A stretch of 24,000 nucleotides of DNA from an uncultured Coxiella sp. Lineage in GTDB: Bacteria > Pseudomonadota > Gammaproteobacteria > Coxiellales > Coxiellaceae. The DNA lies in the NCBI GenBank assembly GCA_964516605.1, contig CAZFAA010000003.1:28195-52194 (forward strand), in the 5' to 3' direction. Every line of letters starts with the position of its first letter. The stretch's first letter is position 1. Both the position numbers and the translations under genes were made by a program. Shown here in pieces: positions 8,830 to 18,041 of this stretch. Under the pieces are notes generated by a model that ran no database searches, was not told where the DNA came from, and worked only from the letters and a program-made list of their open reading frames with translations.

Positions 8830-9532
8830 GGATTTTTGCGGCGTTGATGAAAGCTTGGTAGACGTCATAAAATGGATCCTCTTGTAAAGCGTTTAAATGG
8901 CATTGCAACGTCAGCGTGTCACGCCGTGCAATCGGCCCGGTTAATGCTGCACGATAATTTGTTTTTAAGTTGGTGCACGTTTGATTGAGTAAGGGTAACA
9001 GTGCTTGCTGATCAATATGCAATGTGTGTTCAAACTCATGAAATATTTTTTGCCATAATTGTGTCGTGAAATTATTCGCCATCACGCACAATGCATGGTA
9101 AAACGCTTTTTTTTCAGGCGCTATAGAAAAAGAAGGGTTTGGCAAACCGGGTAATAATTCGGTAAAACTAGGCCCTGATTGTTCAACAATAAAAGGAATC
9201 TTTTGGTAGGTTTCCAGCGTATACAATTCAGATGCAGAAAATGTTTGCAGCGGGTGCGCACCATAAGCTAAATTCGTGACTAATGTGCCACAACAGTGAA
9301 TAAAAACTTTAGATTGCTCGGTGTGCAGGGTTTGCAGAAATGGCTCAATGCTGCGATCTGAGATCGCGACAATCACGTGTGTAGCGTCACCTATGATCTG
9401 CTCTAATGCCACCGTGGATTGTGGGCGATACCACTGTGCAATAGGAAGCCCCAATAGTTGAAAATAATAGTGCAGATGACGGGCAACACGGCCATTGCCT
9501 ATCAGTGCATATGTGGGCGCTTGATAGTTCAT
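8816..9532 (-). CDS. panG: Rossmann-fold/DUF2520-type protein, a probable PanG-type ketopantoate reductase (238 aa)
   Basis: The N-terminus has a dinucleotide-binding motif (YALIGNGRVARHL) and the C-terminus has a LTGPIARRD motif like DUF2520 (TGPxxRxD). It is the first gene of the panB-panC-panD operon and overlaps panB by 14 nt. PanG from Francisella is a DUF2520 ketopantoate reductase encoded within the pan operon. Confidence 0.6.
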   Translation of the reverse strand: MNYQAPTYALIGNGRVARHLHYYFQLLGLPIAQWYRPQSTVALEQIIGDATHVIVAISDRSIEPFLQTLHTEQSKVFIHCCGTLVTNLAYGAHPLQTFSASELYTLETYQKIPFIVEQSGPSFTELLPGLPNPSFSIAPEKKAFYHALCVMANNFTTQLWQKIFHEFEHTLHIDQQALLPLLNQTCTNLKTNYRAALTGPIARRDTLTLQCHLNALQEDPFYDVYQAFINAAKIHEHT

Positions 9533-9641
9533 TGATCAACCCTTTAGGGACTATTATGTCTGCAATAAAGTGGCTCGGATATTAGCCTAGGGTGGGCGAA
9601 AATGCTACTATTTCCACCTTTGTATTTCTTAAGGAAAACTT

Positions 9642-10814
9642 ATGCTCTCGATGACTCAGGTAGATTTAAATGGACAGCGTGTTATGCTGCGCGAAGATCT
9701 CAATGTGCCCATTCAAGATGGCCGCATTACCAGCGATGAACGCATAAGGCGTGCACTGCCAACGATTCGGTATGCCGTGCAGCACAACGCGGCGGTGATG
9801 ATTTTATCGCATCTAGGGCGCCCTACAGAAGGTGAATTTCAAGCTGAATTTTCGTTGAATTTAGTAGCTGCTGCATTATCTGATGCGTTAGGGCAAGAGG
9901 TATTGCTCATTAAAAATTGGCTAGACGGTGTTTCTGTCGCGCCTGGTCAAGTAGTGCTATTGGAAAACGTACGTTTTAATGTAGGCGAAGAGCGCAATGA
10001 TCCTGTGCTTGCAAAAAAAATGTCATCCTTGTGTGATGTGTTTGTGATGGATGCATTTGCCACCGCGCACCGCGCACAAGCATCAACAGTGGGTATTGCT
10101 GAGTATGCAAAAATTGCTTGTGCAGGCCCTTTATTGCTGGAAGAGTTAAGCGCATTACATACGGCGTTAGAAAAACCCAAGCATCCTGTGGTGGCCATTG
10201 TGGGCGGATCAAAAGTATCGACTAAAATGCAATTATTGGATCATTTGAGTGATAAGGTGGATGTGTTGATTGTTGGAGGCGGCATTGCTAATACGCTGCT
10301 CGCGGCAACCGGCGTGAACATCGGCAAATCACTGTATGAAGCAGATTGGATCGATGCTGCAAACGCTTTGTTAATAAAAGCGCAGGCACGTGGTGTGACG
10401 ATTCCTTTACCGATTGATGTTGCTGTTGCTAAAACATTTGCACCAGATTCATTGCGCATTGTGCGTGATCTCAATGAAATACAAGCAGATGATATGATTC
10501 TCGATGTTGGCCCACGCACAATCAAAACCTATCCTGCGCTCATGCACGCTGCGGGAACTATTGTGTGGAATGGTCCTGTTGGTGTTTTTGAATTTAAAGA
10601 ATTTGCAAATGGTACAAAAGAACTGGGCAAGGCCATTACACAATCGCATGCGTATTCATTAGCAGGGGGTGGTGATACGGTTGCCGCTATACAAGAATTT
10701 GGGTTTCACGATAAGATATCGTACATCAGTACTGGCGGTGGCGCATTTCTTGAATTTTTACAGGGCGATGTACTTCCAGCTGTGGCCATATTAGAGAAGA
10801 GGGATGCAAAATGA
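9642..10814 (+). CDS. pgk: Phosphoglycerate kinase (390 aa)
   Basis: The protein is near-colinear with E. coli Pgk. Shared motifs are RxDLNVP, SHLGRP, FVMDAFATAHRAQAST, GGSKVSTK, WNGPVGVFEF and STGGGAFLEF. An AAGGA RBS lies upstream. Confidence 0.97.
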   Translation: MLSMTQVDLNGQRVMLREDLNVPIQDGRITSDERIRRALPTIRYAVQHNAAVMILSHLGRPTEGEFQAEFSLNLVAAALSDALGQEVLLIKNWLDGVSVAPGQVVLLENVRFNVGEERNDPVLAKKMSSLCDVFVMDAFATAHRAQASTVGIAEYAKIACAGPLLLEELSALHTALEKPKHPVVAIVGGSKVSTKMQLLDHLSDKVDVLIVGGGIANTLLAATGVNIGKSLYEADWIDAANALLIKAQARGVTIPLPIDVAVAKTFAPDSLRIVRDLNEIQADDMILDVGPRTIKTYPALMHAAGTIVWNGPVGVFEFKEFANGTKELGKAITQSHAYSLAGGGDTVAAIQEFGFHDKISYISTGGGAFLEFLQGDVLPAVAILEKRDAK

Positions 10815-12259
10815 ATAACTCAATAACACGTCGTCGCACTAAGATCGTCGCCACACTAGGCCCTGCAACGGATGATCTTAAGGTCATGCGTGAACTTATT
10901 GCGCAAGGCGTGAATTTAGTGCGGCTGAATTTTTCGCATGGGTCACACAGCGAACATTTAAAACGCATTCAGCTCGTGCGCGAAGCGGCACAAGCTGAAG
11001 ATAAAATCATTGGTATTTTAGCAGATTTACAAGGCCCAAAGATTCGAGTGGCCAGTTTTAAAAAAGGGTTTATTGAATTGCATGCAGGGGATCATTTTGT
11101 TTTAGATGCGAATCAGGACCCCGACAGTGGCGATGAAAAATCAGTTGGCATTGATTACAAAGAATTACCGAGTGACGTGCAGCCACATGATACGTTGTTA
11201 TTAGATGATGGGCGTTTGGTGTTGATGGTGCGTGATATCCAAGGTGCTCGAGTCAATTGTACTGTCGTGGTGGGCGGTAAATTGTCTGATCACAAGGGGA
11301 TTAATCGCCAAGGCGGCGGATTAACGGCCCCCGCTTTGACTGAGAAAGACAAAAAAGATTTAAAGTTTGCATTGGAGCATGATGTTGATTACATCGCCAT
11401 TTCTTTTCCGCGTGATGCGAAAGATGTGCAGTTAACCAAAGATCTTATTGCAGAATATGGAGGTTTTGCAGGCGTCATTGCTAAGATCGAACGCGTGGAA
11501 GCATTAAAAAATATTGATGACATTATTAAAGTCAGTGATGGTGTGATGGTCGCGCGTGGTGATTTGGCTGTTGAGATCGGTGACGCTCAAGTGCCCGTTG
11601 CGCAAAAACATATTATACGTCGCGCACGCATTTTAGATAAACCTGTGATTACAGCAACGCAAATGATGGAGTCAATGATTACAAGCTCAGTGCCCACGCG
11701 TGCTGAAGTGTCTGATGTAGCCAATGCGGTGCTCGATTATACCGATGCGGTGATGTTATCTGCTGAAACAGCAGTGGGTGAATACCCGGTCGCCGTGGTC
11801 AGTGCGATGTCGCGTATTTGTTTGGTTGCTGAATCGGATCTGGCATCGCAAATTTCAGGGCATCGATTAGAATGTCGTTTTGGCCGTGTCGATGAAGCAA
11901 TTGCCATGTCGACTATGTATATGGCTAACCATTTAGATGTGACAGCTGTGGTGGCATTGACTGAATCGGGCAATACACCGCTTTGGATGTCGCGCATTAA
12001 AACCGGCATGCCTATTTACGGATTAAGTCGCCATCAAAAAGCATTAGGACGCATGACCTTATACCGTGGCGTGTACCCGGTGTATTTTGATGTGACGCAG
12101 CATGCGCGGGATGACGTGAATAAAATGGCTGCAGAAGTTCTAGAAGAGCATCATGTCGTGAATAAAGGCGATATTGCCATCTTAACTAAAGGTGATGCAA
12201 TGGGCGTTGGTGGCGGTGCGAATGCGATTAAAGTCTTGAGGATTGGAGAGGTTGTTTAG
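10811..12259 (+). CDS. pyk: Pyruvate kinase (482 aa, PykA-like length)
   Basis: Conserved motifs are TKIVATLGPA, NFSHG, KIE, MVARGDLAVEIG, ATQMMESM and SAETA. The start overlaps the pgk stop as ATGA, suggesting translational coupling. Confidence 0.97.
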   Translation: MNNSITRRRTKIVATLGPATDDLKVMRELIAQGVNLVRLNFSHGSHSEHLKRIQLVREAAQAEDKIIGILADLQGPKIRVASFKKGFIELHAGDHFVLDANQDPDSGDEKSVGIDYKELPSDVQPHDTLLLDDGRLVLMVRDIQGARVNCTVVVGGKLSDHKGINRQGGGLTAPALTEKDKKDLKFALEHDVDYIAISFPRDAKDVQLTKDLIAEYGGFAGVIAKIERVEALKNIDDIIKVSDGVMVARGDLAVEIGDAQVPVAQKHIIRRARILDKPVITATQMMESMITSSVPTRAEVSDVANAVLDYTDAVMLSAETAVGEYPVAVVSAMSRICLVAESDLASQISGHRLECRFGRVDEAIAMSTMYMANHLDVTAVVALTESGNTPLWMSRIKTGMPIYGLSRHQKALGRMTLYRGVYPVYFDVTQHARDDVNKMAAEVLEEHHVVNKGDIAILTKGDAMGVGGGANAIKVLRIGEVV

Positions 12260-12299
12260 CATTGGAGGATGCTATATATCAAGCGCTTTTTAACCTCTG

Positions 12300-13922
12300 T
12301 CATGATGTGTCCATAAATGCTATGGGAGTCAATACACAGCCCATAGCTAATTCAATCCACGTGAGCACGTGTGCTTGCGGCAATAAAATTAAATTTGTAA
12401 TCGATATCATTAATAAGCTCGCACCGATGGCGCCACTTAAAATGGGCAACCGTTTTTGTGATGCAGTGTTTGAGTTGGTGCGGCGTTCCTTCAGATTTTT
12501 ATAGTGTTTATTTTCAAGGATATCATTGACGAGTTGCGGCATTTTTAGCAGCTGTGCTGCCGTATCGTGGAAATTTTCTTTGGCGTACTGGAATAGGCTT
12601 TTAATACCTTTTTGCTCTCTGAGCCATTTTTCCATAAACGGTTTAGCAGTTTCCCATAAGTCCAAGTTGGGGTACAACACACGGCCTAGGCTTTCAATGT
12701 TAAACAACGTTTTTTGCAATAATATTAATTGCGGTTGCACTTCCATTTCAAAACGTTCGGCTGTTTGAAATAAACGTAGCAGTAATTTACCAAATGAAAT
12801 TTCAGCTAATGGTTTTTCAAAAATCGGTTCACACACAGTGCGAATTGCTGTTTCAAATTGATCAATGCGCGTGTTCGCAGCAACCCAACCACTTTCAATA
12901 TGTAATTGTGCAACGCGACGGTAATCGCGATTAAAAAAAGCGAGTAAGTTCATGGCTAAGTAATGTTGGTCTTCTGGTGTGAGTGTGCCCATGATACCAA
13001 AATCAACACCCAAATAACGTGGATTTTCAGGATCTGTACTATCGATAAACATATTACCCGGGTGCATATCGGCATGAAAAAAACTATCACGAAAAACTTG
13101 GGTAAAGAAAATTTCAACTCCATACTCTGCTAGTTTTTTGAGATTGGTGCCACTGTCCTGAATTGCCGTCAAATCGCCCAATGAGATACCGTAAATACGT
13201 TCCATGACCAACACATGCGTTGACACGTAATCCCAATACACTTTCGGTACATACATTTTATGTGAGTCGATAAAATTGCGCCGTAATAGTGATGCATTGG
13301 CAGCTTCCTGCTGCATGTCCAGCTCACCCCAAAGCGTTTGTTCAAATTCACGTACAATGGCAACAGGGTGTAAACGCTTGCCATGACGCCAAAAACGCTC
13401 TGTTAATTTTGCTACAAAAAATAACAGAGCAAGGTCAGTATCGATCACTTTTTTAATGTGTGGGCGAGTGACTTTAATAATTACATCTTCTTGGGTGAGT
13501 AGTGTTGCTGCATGCACTTGTGCTACGGATGCAGATGCCAGAGGCGTTTCATTAAAAGAAGTAAAGAGTGCATCAATTGGCTTGCCTAACTCCATTTCTA
13601 TGATGTGTTTGGCAATACGACCATCAAACGGCGGTACTTTATCTTGCAATTTTACGAGCTCAATTAGAATGTCATGGGGAATTAAATCGGCTCGCGTAGA
13701 TAACATTTGACCAAATTTAACGTAAATAGGGCCTAATGCTTCGAGTGTTTCGCGAATTGCTTGCCCGCGTGTTTTTTTAGTTGAAAAATAATAATATGGA
13801 TTAAAATAACGGAAAAATTTAAAGAAGCGGTATTGTTCTCCTAAAATGGAACTGACAAAATGAGTACGCATGAGTGCAAGATTAATTTGCAACAAACGCA
13901 GGATGATTATGGGTTTTAACAT
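12300..13922 (-). CDS. ubiB: Ubiquinone biosynthesis protein kinase-like UbiB (ABC1/ADCK family, 540 aa)
   Basis: The protein is colinear with E. coli UbiB. Shared motifs are LGPIYVKFGQMLSTRADL, ASASVAQVH, FFHADMHPGNMF and VQPQLILLQKT. The C-terminus has two transmembrane helices. The gene overlaps ubiJ by 7 nt. Confidence 0.95.
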   Translation of the reverse strand: MLKPIIILRLLQINLALMRTHFVSSILGEQYRFFKFFRYFNPYYYFSTKKTRGQAIRETLEALGPIYVKFGQMLSTRADLIPHDILIELVKLQDKVPPFDGRIAKHIIEMELGKPIDALFTSFNETPLASASVAQVHAATLLTQEDVIIKVTRPHIKKVIDTDLALLFFVAKLTERFWRHGKRLHPVAIVREFEQTLWGELDMQQEAANASLLRRNFIDSHKMYVPKVYWDYVSTHVLVMERIYGISLGDLTAIQDSGTNLKKLAEYGVEIFFTQVFRDSFFHADMHPGNMFIDSTDPENPRYLGVDFGIMGTLTPEDQHYLAMNLLAFFNRDYRRVAQLHIESGWVAANTRIDQFETAIRTVCEPIFEKPLAEISFGKLLLRLFQTAERFEMEVQPQLILLQKTLFNIESLGRVLYPNLDLWETAKPFMEKWLREQKGIKSLFQYAKENFHDTAAQLLKMPQLVNDILENKHYKNLKERRTNSNTASQKRLPILSGAIGASLLMISITNLILLPQAHVLTWIELAMGCVLTPIAFMDTS

Positions 13923-14506
13923 TGTTTTATCTTCTGTGTTAGTCGTTCTACATCATTACGTAATGTCGTCACGTCTTGGTAAAAGAGTTCCAATTCATCA
14001 CGTGTGGGGCTCAGACGCGATTCATGGTGTATGTATTCACTGACATTGCGCTGTAAGCTCGATAAGATGTCTTTACCAAATGCGATTGCTTTGCTGACAT
14101 TGTTTGAAATAAAGCTTGCTGGCATATCGCCTACAATTCGTGACAAATGTTCTTCCCAATTAATATTAAGGTTACTTAAAATTTGCTGCATCGCAATACC
14201 AACGTGAGCGTCACCGTGAAATTGTACAGGATGCTTTTTCATAGCTTCTGATTTATTTTGCGCTAAGCCAACACGAACTAAGTTATGCAATCGTGCACGA
14301 ATAGTTGTATTAGGTTCAACTATTATATTATTACGTAATTCGATACCGTTATGCTTAGGGATGATGTATAAAGAAATAGCCCAGTCAGTCACATCTAAGC
14401 GTACTATTTTGCCTTCTAATTCTTGTAAGCGTGCGAGTGTTTGCAAATCAGTGGTTAGGCAGCGATTGATTGCGGACTCCAGGAGCAATAAAGCAGAATC
14501 AATCAT
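13916..14506 (-). CDS. ubiJ: SCP2-domain ubiquinone biosynthesis accessory factor UbiJ (YigP-like, 196 aa)
   Basis: The gene sits between ubiE and ubiB exactly as E. coli yigP/ubiJ does, and its size is similar (196 vs 201 aa). It has an N-terminal SCP2-like region and a C-terminal coiled/helical tail. The call rests mainly on synteny plus weak similarity. Confidence 0.75.
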   Translation of the reverse strand: MIDSALLLLESAINRCLTTDLQTLARLQELEGKIVRLDVTDWAISLYIIPKHNGIELRNNIIVEPNTTIRARLHNLVRVGLAQNKSEAMKKHPVQFHGDAHVGIAMQQILSNLNINWEEHLSRIVGDMPASFISNNVSKAIAFGKDILSSLQRNVSEYIHHESRLSPTRDELELFYQDVTTLRNDVERLTQKIKQC

Positions 14507-15264
14507 TCGTATTTATATCCTGTATGCAGGGCAACGATCCCAGCTGATAAATTAATATAACGACACTCTTCAAAACCGGCGTGTTGCATTTTATTTTTTA
14601 GCGTTTCTTGATCGGGGTGTTTGCGGATCGATTCAGCAAGATAGCGATAACTGTCTTCATCTTTAGCAATAAATTTGCCTATTTTAGGCAGAATATTAAA
14701 AGAGTAGGCATCATAGAATTTATTGAGCACTTTAACAATAGGTTTTGAAAATTCCAGAATAAGCACCTTTCCTCCTGGTTTTAAACAGCGAAACATAGAG
14801 CGTAATGCAGCATCTTGATCGGTCACATTACGCAAGCCAAAACCAATAATAATCCGATCAAAGTGGTTTGATTCAAAAGGTAGGTATTGTGCATCTGCTA
14901 AAACAAAGTCAATGTTATTAAAGAGGCCTTGATCTAGCAGCCTGTCGTATCCAACACGCAGCATGGATGCGTTAATATCAGCAATGCATACCCGGCCTTG
15001 TGCGCCTATTTTTTGACAGATTAATTTCGTTAAATCACCCGTGCCTCCAGCCAGATCTAGTACAGTATCTCCTGCATGTAAAGACAGTTGCGCAATAGCA
15101 TAGCGTTTCCACAGGCGGTGTAAGCCTGCTGACATCAAGTCATTCATGAGGTCATATTGATCAGCAACAGAGTGAAAAACTTGAGCAACACGGGTTGCTT
15201 TCTCTGCAACCGGAACTTGCTCAAAACCAAAATGAGTCGTCTGCTCTTCTTTTGTAGTAGTCAG
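14503..15264 (-). CDS. ubiE: Demethylmenaquinone/ubiquinone C-methyltransferase UbiE (253 aa if started at CTG 15264)
   Basis: The SAM motif [10 protein letters not shown] is present and the protein aligns with E. coli UbiE along its full length. The track ORF starts at ATG 15147 (MNDLMS), which corresponds to E. coli residue 39. The 38 codons upstream translate to [31 protein letters not shown], matching E. coli [31 protein letters not shown]. An in-frame TAA sits at 15279..15277. The only plausible initiator is CTG at 15264..15262, placed 5 nt after GAGGAGG. Confidence 0.9.
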   Translation of the reverse strand: MTTTKEEQTTHFGFEQVPVAEKATRVAQVFHSVADQYDLMNDLMSAGLHRLWKRYAIAQLSLHAGDTVLDLAGGTGDLTKLICQKIGAQGRVCIADINASMLRVGYDRLLDQGLFNNIDFVLADAQYLPFESNHFDRIIIGFGLRNVTDQDAALRSMFRCLKPGGKVLILEFSKPIVKVLNKFYDAYSFNILPKIGKFIAKDEDSYRYLAESIRKHPDQETLKNKMQHAGFEECRYINLSAGIVALHTGYKYE

Positions 15265-15303
15265 TGTTGCCTCCTCTTACCCAAAATTTTCTGAGTTAAG
15301 TGT

Positions 15304-16659
15304 CTAGAGTATGCTACGACTTAAGTCTTCATCTTCGGCTAATTGATTGAGTTGTTCGCTAACATATTCTATATCGATTTCTATAGATTGCCCGTCTCTA
15401 TCTGACGCATTGAACGATACCTCATCTAATAAGCGCTCCAGGATAGTGTGTAAACGTCTTGCGCCAATATTCTCGGTTTTGTCATTTACTTGCTGAGCAA
15501 TTTCAGCAATCCGTTTAATACCTGACTCCTTGAAGCGCAGCGTAAATCCTTCTGTGCTCATTAATGCGCTGTATTGTTCAGTTAATGAAGCATTCGGTTC
15601 AACCAGAATACGCATTAAATCCTCTGTTGTCAGCGCATCGAGCTCAACACGAATGGGAAAGCGGCCTTGTAATTCAGGAATTAAGTCGGAGGGCTTGGCC
15701 AAATGAAAAGCACCTGAAGCAATAAATAAAATATGATCTGTTTTGACCATGCCATACTTCGTGAATACTGTGCAACCTTCCACCAATGGCAGTAGATCGC
15801 GTTGCACCCCTTCACGTGACACATCACCGCCGTGCTCCGAATGTTTTACAATCTTATCTATTTCATCTAAGAACACAATACCGTTTTGCTCTACAACGCG
15901 TAGCGCTTGCGCTTTGACTTCTTCTTCATTTAGTAGTTTTTGAGCCTCATCGTCGGTGAGCTGCTTCATCGCATCTTTCACCGTAAGACGGCGTGATTTC
16001 GTGCGGCGATTCGACATGCCTTCCATTATATTTTGCAGTTGACCAACCATTTCCTCCATACCCGGAGGCCCCATGATTTCAACAGCAGGACCGCCACTTA
16101 ACACATCCACTTCAATTTCTTTATCGTCTAGCTCACCTTCGCGTAATTTTTTACGAAATAATTGTCGTGTAGCGCTGTCTTCTTTTTTATCTGCTAGGTC
16201 TTCTTTAGGCTCACCCTTGAGCTCACCACGAGGATTTGGGATGAGTGCATCCAGGATGCGCTCTTCAGCATGTTCTTGCGCAAAACTTTTTACTTTTTGT
16301 ACTTCATGCTCACGCACCATTTTAATGGCGATATCAATTAAGTCGCGAATAATCGATTCTACGTCGCGACCCACATAACCGACTTCAGTAAATTTAGTAG
16401 CTTCCACTTTAATAAAGGGTGCATTAGCTAATGTTGCAAGGCGGCGCGCAATTTCTGTTTTACCAACGCCCGTTGGACCCATCATCAAGATGTTTTTTGG
16501 GGTGATTTCACGGCGTAATTCTTCATCCAATTGCATACGACGCCAGCGGTTACGCAGTGCAATCGCAACAGCACGCTTCGCCTTATTTTGACCAATAATA
16601 AATTTATCGAGTTCAGAAACAATTTCTTTAGGGGTCATGGTCATGGATTGATCTAGCAT
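15304..16659 (-). CDS. hslU: ATP-dependent protease ATPase subunit HslU (451 aa)
   Basis: The protein is near-identical in layout to E. coli HslU. Shared motifs are [16 protein letters not shown], Walker [15 protein letters not shown], and the C-terminal EDLSRSIL tail. Alternative starts exist at 16644 and 16638 (MTMTPKEIV / MTPKEIV). Confidence 0.97.
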   Translation of the reverse strand: MLDQSMTMTPKEIVSELDKFIIGQNKAKRAVAIALRNRWRRMQLDEELRREITPKNILMMGPTGVGKTEIARRLATLANAPFIKVEATKFTEVGYVGRDVESIIRDLIDIAIKMVREHEVQKVKSFAQEHAEERILDALIPNPRGELKGEPKEDLADKKEDSATRQLFRKKLREGELDDKEIEVDVLSGGPAVEIMGPPGMEEMVGQLQNIMEGMSNRRTKSRRLTVKDAMKQLTDDEAQKLLNEEEVKAQALRVVEQNGIVFLDEIDKIVKHSEHGGDVSREGVQRDLLPLVEGCTVFTKYGMVKTDHILFIASGAFHLAKPSDLIPELQGRFPIRVELDALTTEDLMRILVEPNASLTEQYSALMSTEGFTLRFKESGIKRIAEIAQQVNDKTENIGARRLHTILERLLDEVSFNASDRDGQSIEIDIEYVSEQLNQLAEDEDLSRSIL

Positions 16660-16673
16660 AATATGTCTCTCGC

Positions 16674-17219
16674 TTAAGTATCGCTATCAAGTTCTTCAAT
16701 GGTTAAATTATTGTTTGTATAAACACAAATGCTTGCTGCAATAGAGAGTGATTTCTCAACGGTATCTTTTGCAGATAGTTGCGTATTTTCCAGCAGAGCA
16801 ATTGCTGCTGATTGTGCATAAGGGCCGCCTGAACCAATCGCAGCGAGTCCGCGCTCAGGCTCAATGACGTCTCCATTCCCAGATAGTATTAAGGTCGCTT
16901 TTGCATCCGCAACGATCAATAATGCTTCAAGACGACGCAACATTTTATCTGTGCGCCAATCCTTAGCCATTTCAACAGCTGCGCGCAATAAATTTACTTG
17001 ATGTTATTCAAGCTAACCTTCAAAGCGTTCAAATAGTGTAAAGGCATCCGCTGTGCCGCCTGCGAAGCCTGCAATGACGTTATTATTGTAAAGTCGACGT
17101 ACTTTACGTGCATTGCCTTTCATAATGGTATTGCCCATAGAGACTTGGCCATCGCCACCTACAACTACTTTATTACCACGTCGCACAGATAGGATGGTTG
17201 TACCTCGAAATTGCTCCAT
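16674..17219 (-). pseudogene. hslV: hslV (ATP-dependent protease peptidase subunit) interrupted by two in-frame stop codons
   Basis: Track ORFs 17013..17225 and 16674..16988 are the N- and C-terminal parts of a single HslV and lie in the same reading frame. The junction reads ...[36 protein letters not shown]. coli has ...[31 protein letters not shown] at the same place. The stops are TAG at 17015..17013 (codon 69) and TAA at 17006..17004 (codon 72). The likely start is ATG 17219 ([12 protein letters not shown]), with AGGAG 6 nt upstream. Confidence 0.8.
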
Positions 17220-17260
17220 AGTCATCTCCTGTTATAAGCGTCGTTATGAATAAGGAAACA

Positions 17261-17288
17261 GGTTGGGGCGGCCGTTACGAAATTCAAG
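17261..17288 (-). promoter_or_regulatory. Sigma-32 (heat-shock) type promoter upstream of hslV
   Basis: The minus strand reads CTTGAA-tttcgtaacggccg-CCCCAACCT. This compares well with the E. coli sigma-32 consensus CTTGAAA-N13-15-CCCCATNT. It lies about 40 nt upstream of the hslV start, and hslVU is a classical sigma-32 regulon member in E. coli. Confidence 0.55.
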
Positions 17289-17301
17289 AAGTGATTAGGA
17301 A

Positions 17302-17328
17302 TAAAAAAGGGGCTATACAGCCCCTTTA
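17302..17328 (-). terminator. Rho-independent terminator downstream of the outer-membrane protein gene
   Basis: The minus strand reads AAAGGGGC-TGTATA-GCCCCTTTTTTAT. That is an 8-bp stem with a GGGGC/GCCCC core, a 6-nt loop and a T-run. It sits 22 nt after the stop at 17350. Confidence 0.7.
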
Positions 17329-17349
17329 AGGTATTACAATACATAATCA

Positions 17350-17922
17350 TTAGAAAATGTACGATAACGCCAAGCTTCCTTGATGGAAGATTCCCCAGTT
17401 TGCTCTGTTGTCGAATCTGCCTTTTCCATAAGTTACAGGGTAGATTGAACCAGACACCATTAAGTTACGTAATGGCTGATAATCTAATCCTACAAATGGA
17501 CCAACAAACCAAGGTGTTGAAAGATGTCTGGGTACACCAGTAACATCAACATAGTTTTTGTTGGAAATGTATACAACTGCAGCACCAGCACCGTATTTAA
17601 CAAACAGATTGTCCATGCCAATTCTGTCTCTTAAGCCGAGTTCGCCAGCAGTACCCCAAGACCATTCAGAAGGCACCACATTGGAAGCTGCTTCATGAAC
17701 AGCGTTCATAGCTACAGAAGCTGTGAACTCGTCAGTTGTGTAACTTGCTAAGGCACCAAAAGCGCTATTGCCTGCAAATTGACCCCACTGCATACCAAGA
17801 CCCCAGCCACCACTATACAAGTCGTGAGCAGGCATATCTGGACCGCCAGCAAGAGCCGAGATTGATAAACAGCAGATGCCTGCGGCAACTAGTGTTTGAG
17901 CTAATTTTGTTTTAGTAAACAT
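17350..17922 (-). CDS. Small outer-membrane beta-barrel protein (190 aa)
   Basis: With the start at ATG 17922 (GGAGA 8 nt upstream) the protein has a signal peptide, MFTKTKLAQTLVAAGICCLSISALA. It is Gly- and aromatic-rich with an alternating amphipathic pattern, and its C-terminal beta-signal ends in an aromatic residue (SLALSYIF). The size fits an 8-stranded barrel. No specific family is assigned. Confidence 0.7.
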   Translation of the reverse strand: MFTKTKLAQTLVAAGICCLSISALAGGPDMPAHDLYSGGWGLGMQWGQFAGNSAFGALASYTTDEFTASVAMNAVHEAASNVVPSEWSWGTAGELGLRDRIGMDNLFVKYGAGAAVVYISNKNYVDVTGVPRHLSTPWFVGPFVGLDYQPLRNLMVSGSIYPVTYGKGRFDNRANWGIFHQGSLALSYIF

Positions 17923-18041
17923 GTTAGAGATCTCCATATACTTTTTAAAAAGACTGCCAAGTCATTATACATTCATTTTATTTATACTCAAACATTTGAA
18001 TATAAATTCCATTAGAAATTATAGTTTAGCGAGCATATTTT

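Noticed and set aside
12262-12504. 80-aa plus-strand ORF immediately after pyk.
   Set aside because: It is antisense to the conserved transmembrane C-terminus of ubiB, and the ubiB frame is supported by full-length homology.
16989-17012. Frameshift or intervening element as the cause of the split hslV.
   Set aside because: Codon-by-codon reading shows both fragments in the same frame, with the intervening 8 codons still aligning to HslV. The only lesions are the two stop codons.
16674-17225. Stop-codon reassignment (TAG or TAA read as sense) explaining the hslV stops.
   Set aside because: TAG ends pyk, and TAA ends panC, ubiJ, argS and hslV, all at positions matching the orthologue C-termini. 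The standard code is therefore in use.
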